Below are positions 25,510 to 28,825 of a DNA stretch of 28,825 bases, piece by piece; the stretch's first letter is position 1; each line of letters starts with the position of its first letter. A program made the position numbers and the translations under genes. The notes beneath the pieces were generated by a model. That model searched no databases. It was not told the DNA's origin and saw only the letters and a program-made list of their open reading frames with translations. Source of the stretch: an uncultured bacterium (GTDB lineage: Bacteria; Krumholzibacteriota; Krumholzibacteriia; Krumholzibacteriales; Krumholzibacteriaceae); NCBI GenBank assembly GCA_965371515.1, contig CBDUYR010000032.1, positions 1 to 28,825 of the forward strand, given 5' to 3'.

Positions 25510-28500
25510 ATGAATCCTGAAACTGACAGTGATATCATCAGGAGAGCGGCAGATATGTCAGGCGGCAGAGAAGAATCCAGGAGATACAGCACGCTCCCGC
25601 CCCAGCGCGAGGCGCTCGAGGCCGAGGCTGAGGTCCTCAGGCACTGGGATGAGCACGATATCTTCAAACGCAGTATAGACGAGCGGTCCGAGGAGAATAA
25701 TTTCGTATTCTACGAGGGCCCACCCACGGCGAACGGCCGCCCCGGAGTCCACCACGCAATGTCGAGGACGATCAAGGACCTCGTCTGCAGGTACAGGACG
25801 ATGAAGGGGGAGCGCGTCGTGCGCAAGGCCGGATGGGATACCCACGGCCTCCCCGTCGAGATAGAAGTGGAGAAGTCCCTCGGGCTGGACGGCAAGGACC
25901 AGATCGAGGAGTACGGCGTAGGCGAATTCAACAAGCAGTGCTACACGAGCGTATTCAAGTACCTCGACGAGTGGCACGACTTCACCCACAAGCTGGGTTT
26001 CTGGCTCGACCTGGACGATCCGTACGTCACATGCAAAAACGAGTATATCGAATCGGTCTGGTGGATCCTCAAGCAATTCTGGGATCAGGACATGCTCTAC
26101 GAGGGTCACAAGATCACCCCCTACTGCGCGAGGTGCGGCACGTCGCTCTCGAGCCACGAGGTATCGCAGGGATACAAGGACGTCGCCGATCCCTCGATCT
26201 TCATCAAGCTGAAGTTAAAAGAAGAGGACGCGTATTTCCTCGTCTGGACGACGACTCCATGGACGCTGATCTCCAACGTCGCGCTGGCCGTGGGCCCCGA
26301 GTACGACTATGTGCGTGTAAGCCACAAGGGCGATACGCTGATCCTTGCCGAGGAACTCCTCGGTGTACTCGACGGAGAGTACGAGGTGCTCGGGAAGGTC
26401 AAGGGCCTTGAGCTGGTCGGCAAGACTTACGAGCCCTGCTTCCCCTGGTTCAAGGATGAGGAGGGCGGTTTCCGTGTGATCGCCGCCGAGTTCGTCACCC
26501 TGTCCGACGGTACAGGCATCGTTCACATGGCGCCCGCCTTCGGAGAGGACGACTACATCGCCGGCATGGAACATGGCCTGCCCTTCGTTCAACCGGTCGA
26601 CACCGAAGGGAAATTCACTCCCGAAGTCACGAAATGGGCCGGCAGGTTCATCAAAGACGCTGACCCCGAGATCATAGAAGACCTGCGCGAGCGCGGGATT
26701 CTTTATCGCGCCGCAAAGCACGAGCACTCGTATCCGTTCTGCTGGCGCTGCGACTCGCCGCTCATCTACTACGCGAGGCGCTCGTGGTACATCAGAACGA
26801 CCGCCTTCAAGGACCTGCTTATAGAAGCAAACAGCAAGGTCCAATGGTACCCGTCCGACGTGGGGGAGAACAGGTTCGCTCGCTGGCTCGAGGGAAATGT
26901 CGACTGGGCGCTCAGCCGCGAACGCTACTGGGGGACCCCGCTCAACATCTGGACGTGTGATTCGTGTGAGGAGAAATACTGCATCGGCGACATTACCGAG
27001 CTCAAGTCGATCAGCGAGCAGTTCCCCGAGGAATACGACCTGCACAAACCGTTCATCGACGACCTCGACGTCGGCTGCCCCGAGTGCGGCGGGAAGATGA
27101 CAAGGGTACCCGAGGTGATCGACTGCTGGTTCGACTCGGGCGCGATGCCGTTCGCACAGTATCACTATCCGATGGAGAACATGGACGTCTTCAAGCATCA
27201 GTATCCCGCCGAGTTCATCAGCGAAGGCGTTGACCAGTCGAGGGGCTGGTTTTATTCACTGCTCGTCATCGGGGCGTTCCTGACAAAACAGAGCCCGTAC
27301 AAGAGATGTCTGCCCCATGGGATGATTCTCGACTGCGAGGGTCAGAAGATGAGCAAGAGCAGGGGGAACGCCGTCTTCGTCAACGACGTGCTCAAGAGCG
27401 ACGGAGCCGACTCGCTGCGATGGCACCTGATGATCAGCGGCGCGCCCTATCTACCCAAGAGGTTCGACCTCGAGGCGATGCGTGACAACGCTAACAAGTT
27501 CCTTGGAACGCTGAGGAACCTCTACGGTTTCTTCGCGATGTATGCCGAGATCGACGGCTTCGAGCCGACCGGCGAGGTCATGAGCGACAACCTGATCGAT
27601 CGCTGGATCCTGTCGAGGTACAACTCGACTGTGCACGATGTCACCGTCGCGCTCGACGATTACGAGATTACCAGGGCCGCCCGGGCGATCCAGACATTCG
27701 TGATCGACGAGCTGAGCAACTGGTACCTGAGGCGCTGCCGTCGCAGGTTCTGGAAGAACGAGATGTCGGGCGACAAACTTGCCGCCTACGAGACCTTTTA
27801 CACGGTACTCGAGGGTGTCACGAGGCTCGCCGCGCCGTTCGTTCCTTTCCTTACCGAGGCTGTCTGGCAGAGGCTGAAGGGTGAGGCCGGGAAATCGGGC
27901 AGCGTCCATCTCGAGCTCTTCCCGGTATCGGACGAGGCGATGATCGACGAGGAACTGGAGAAAAACATGGCCGGCGTGCTCAAAGTCGTGACTACCGGCC
28001 GGGCCGTACGCAACAAGGCGGCGATCAAGGTCAGGACCCCGCTTGCGAGGATGCTCGTGCACGGCAAGAATCACGATGTGACCGAATGGACAAAGGACCA
28101 GGAACTTACAGGGCTGGTCCTCGACGAGCTGAACGTCAAGGCGATCGAGACGATCGACGATACGGGCGAACTGATCAGGATGAGCGTGAAGCCGGAGTAT
28201 TCCGTTCTCGGAAAGAGGTTCGGGAAGAACATGAAGGCCGCCGCCGTCGTCCTGGAGGGTCTCGGGGCCGAAAGCGTCGTCGAGCTGGTCGAAAAGGGAC
28301 AGGTCACCGTCGAGATCGACGGGAAAAAGGAGAGCATCTCCCTCGAAGAGGTGAAGGTCGGGAGCGAGACGGCGGAAGGGTTCGAGTCGGAGAGCGAGGG
28401 TGATCTTACAGTCATCCTCGATACGAAGCTTACCGATGATCTCCGCATGGAAGGATCGGCGAGAGACATCGTCAACAGGATTCAGAACTTCAGGAAGGAA

Positions 28501-28701
28501 TCCGGGTTCGAGGTCAGCGACAGGATAGAGCTTGCGTGGAGAGGCCCGGATGAGATAAGACAGATATTTGAGGAATACCGCGACCATATCTGTAGCGAGA
28601 CGCTCGTCGAGACCCTCTACGAAGGGGAGCAGGATTGGGAGAACTCCACGTCCTTCGAGCTCGACGGTTTCGAGATAGATCTGTGGGTCAAGCTGGCTTG
28701 A
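25510..28701 (+). CDS. ileS: Isoleucine--tRNA ligase, type 2 (IleRS2)
   Basis: FYEGPPTANGRPGVHH, GWDTHGLP, WTTTPWTL, GTGIVHMAP, DWALSRERYWG, KMSKS; no C-terminal Zn finger; true start may be ATG 25555 (SD aggaga). Confidence 0.97.
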   Translation: MNPETDSDIIRRAADMSGGREESRRYSTLPPQREALEAEAEVLRHWDEHDIFKRSIDERSEENNFVFYEGPPTANGRPGVHHAMSRTIKDLVCRYRTMKGERVVRKAGWDTHGLPVEIEVEKSLGLDGKDQIEEYGVGEFNKQCYTSVFKYLDEWHDFTHKLGFWLDLDDPYVTCKNEYIESVWWILKQFWDQDMLYEGHKITPYCARCGTSLSSHEVSQGYKDVADPSIFIKLKLKEEDAYFLVWTTTPWTLISNVALAVGPEYDYVRVSHKGDTLILAEELLGVLDGEYEVLGKVKGLELVGKTYEPCFPWFKDEEGGFRVIAAEFVTLSDGTGIVHMAPAFGEDDYIAGMEHGLPFVQPVDTEGKFTPEVTKWAGRFIKDADPEIIEDLRERGILYRAAKHEHSYPFCWRCDSPLIYYARRSWYIRTTAFKDLLIEANSKVQWYPSDVGENRFARWLEGNVDWALSRERYWGTPLNIWTCDSCEEKYCIGDITELKSISEQFPEEYDLHKPFIDDLDVGCPECGGKMTRVPEVIDCWFDSGAMPFAQYHYPMENMDVFKHQYPAEFISEGVDQSRGWFYSLLVIGAFLTKQSPYKRCLPHGMILDCEGQKMSKSRGNAVFVNDVLKSDGADSLRWHLMISGAPYLPKRFDLEAMRDNANKFLGTLRNLYGFFAMYAEIDGFEPTGEVMSDNLIDRWILSRYNSTVHDVTVALDDYEITRAARAIQTFVIDELSNWYLRRCRRRFWKNEMSGDKLAAYETFYTVLEGVTRLAAPFVPFLTEAVWQRLKGEAGKSGSVHLELFPVSDEAMIDEELEKNMAGVLKVVTTGRAVRNKAAIKVRTPLARMLVHGKNHDVTEWTKDQELTGLVLDELNVKAIETIDDTGELIRMSVKPEYSVLGKRFGKNMKAAAVVLEGLGAESVVELVEKGQVTVEIDGKKESISLEEVKVGSETAEGFESESEGDLTVILDTKLTDDLRMEGSARDIVNRIQNFRKESGFEVSDRIELAWRGPDEIRQIFEEYRDHICSETLVETLYEGEQDWENSTSFELDGFEIDLWVKLA

Positions 28702-28728
28702 TGGCTGTTTAACAGGAGTGTAATCGAG

Positions 28729-28825
28729 ATGCCGGCGAAAAAAGCGAAGAGCAAGGCGAAAGCCAAGTCCAAACCAAAGGCCAAAGTGAAGGCGAAAGCA
28801 AAGACCAGGTCCAAGGCGAAGACCA
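28729..28825 (+). CDS. Partial ORF, Lys/Ala-rich N-terminus (possibly TraR/DksA family, by context only)
   Basis: SD aggag; MPAKKAKSKAKAKSKPKAKVKAKAKTRSKAKT runs off the window; dksA/traR commonly follows ileS in FCB genomes. Confidence 0.55.
   Translation, partial: MPAKKAKSKAKAKSKPKAKVKAKAKTRSKAKT

Noticed and set aside
25440..25555. T-box leader upstream of ileS
   Set aside because: The leader is short and lacks the T-box (TGGNACC) antiterminator consensus

Overview
A 28.8-kb GC-rich bacterial chromosomal window with no rRNA, tRNA, CRISPR array or mobile element that I can support. Gene content suggests an FCB-superphylum candidate lineage (Krumholzibacteriota/Latescibacterota-like). That inference rests on an FlgD/T9SS-type C-terminal domain protein, a C-terminal 'SWGAIK' motif protein and the yggS-divIVA-pnp-ileS order. 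From left to right: (1) a secreted helical protein, ettA, a GYD-domain protein, a stand-alone GIY-YIG protein divergent from a 230-aa YchF homolog with no nucleotide-binding motifs, a DUF4105-like protein and a secreted CTD protein; (2) a two-promoter arsenic/organoarsenical cluster on the minus strand (arsR-arsP-arsE-arsF-arsG, then arsR-arsC-arsM) with two related operator-like sites and no acr3/arsB; (3) two very small secreted proteins, dinB, a DUF4136 lipoprotein, a K+ channel / His-rich metal exporter / DHH phosphoesterase cluster, a large lipoprotein and a Trm112-fused methyltransferase; (4) a housekeeping block of M24 peptidase, yggS, yggT, divIVA (long disordered tail), yggU, PNP, ileS (type 2, GVHH motif) and a truncated Lys/Ala-rich ORF. 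The best candidates for new biology are the P-loop-less mini-YchF, the minimal 'SWGAIK' secreted peptide, and the reduce-methylate-export arrangement of the ars cluster. All family calls come from recognising motifs by eye; no searches were run.
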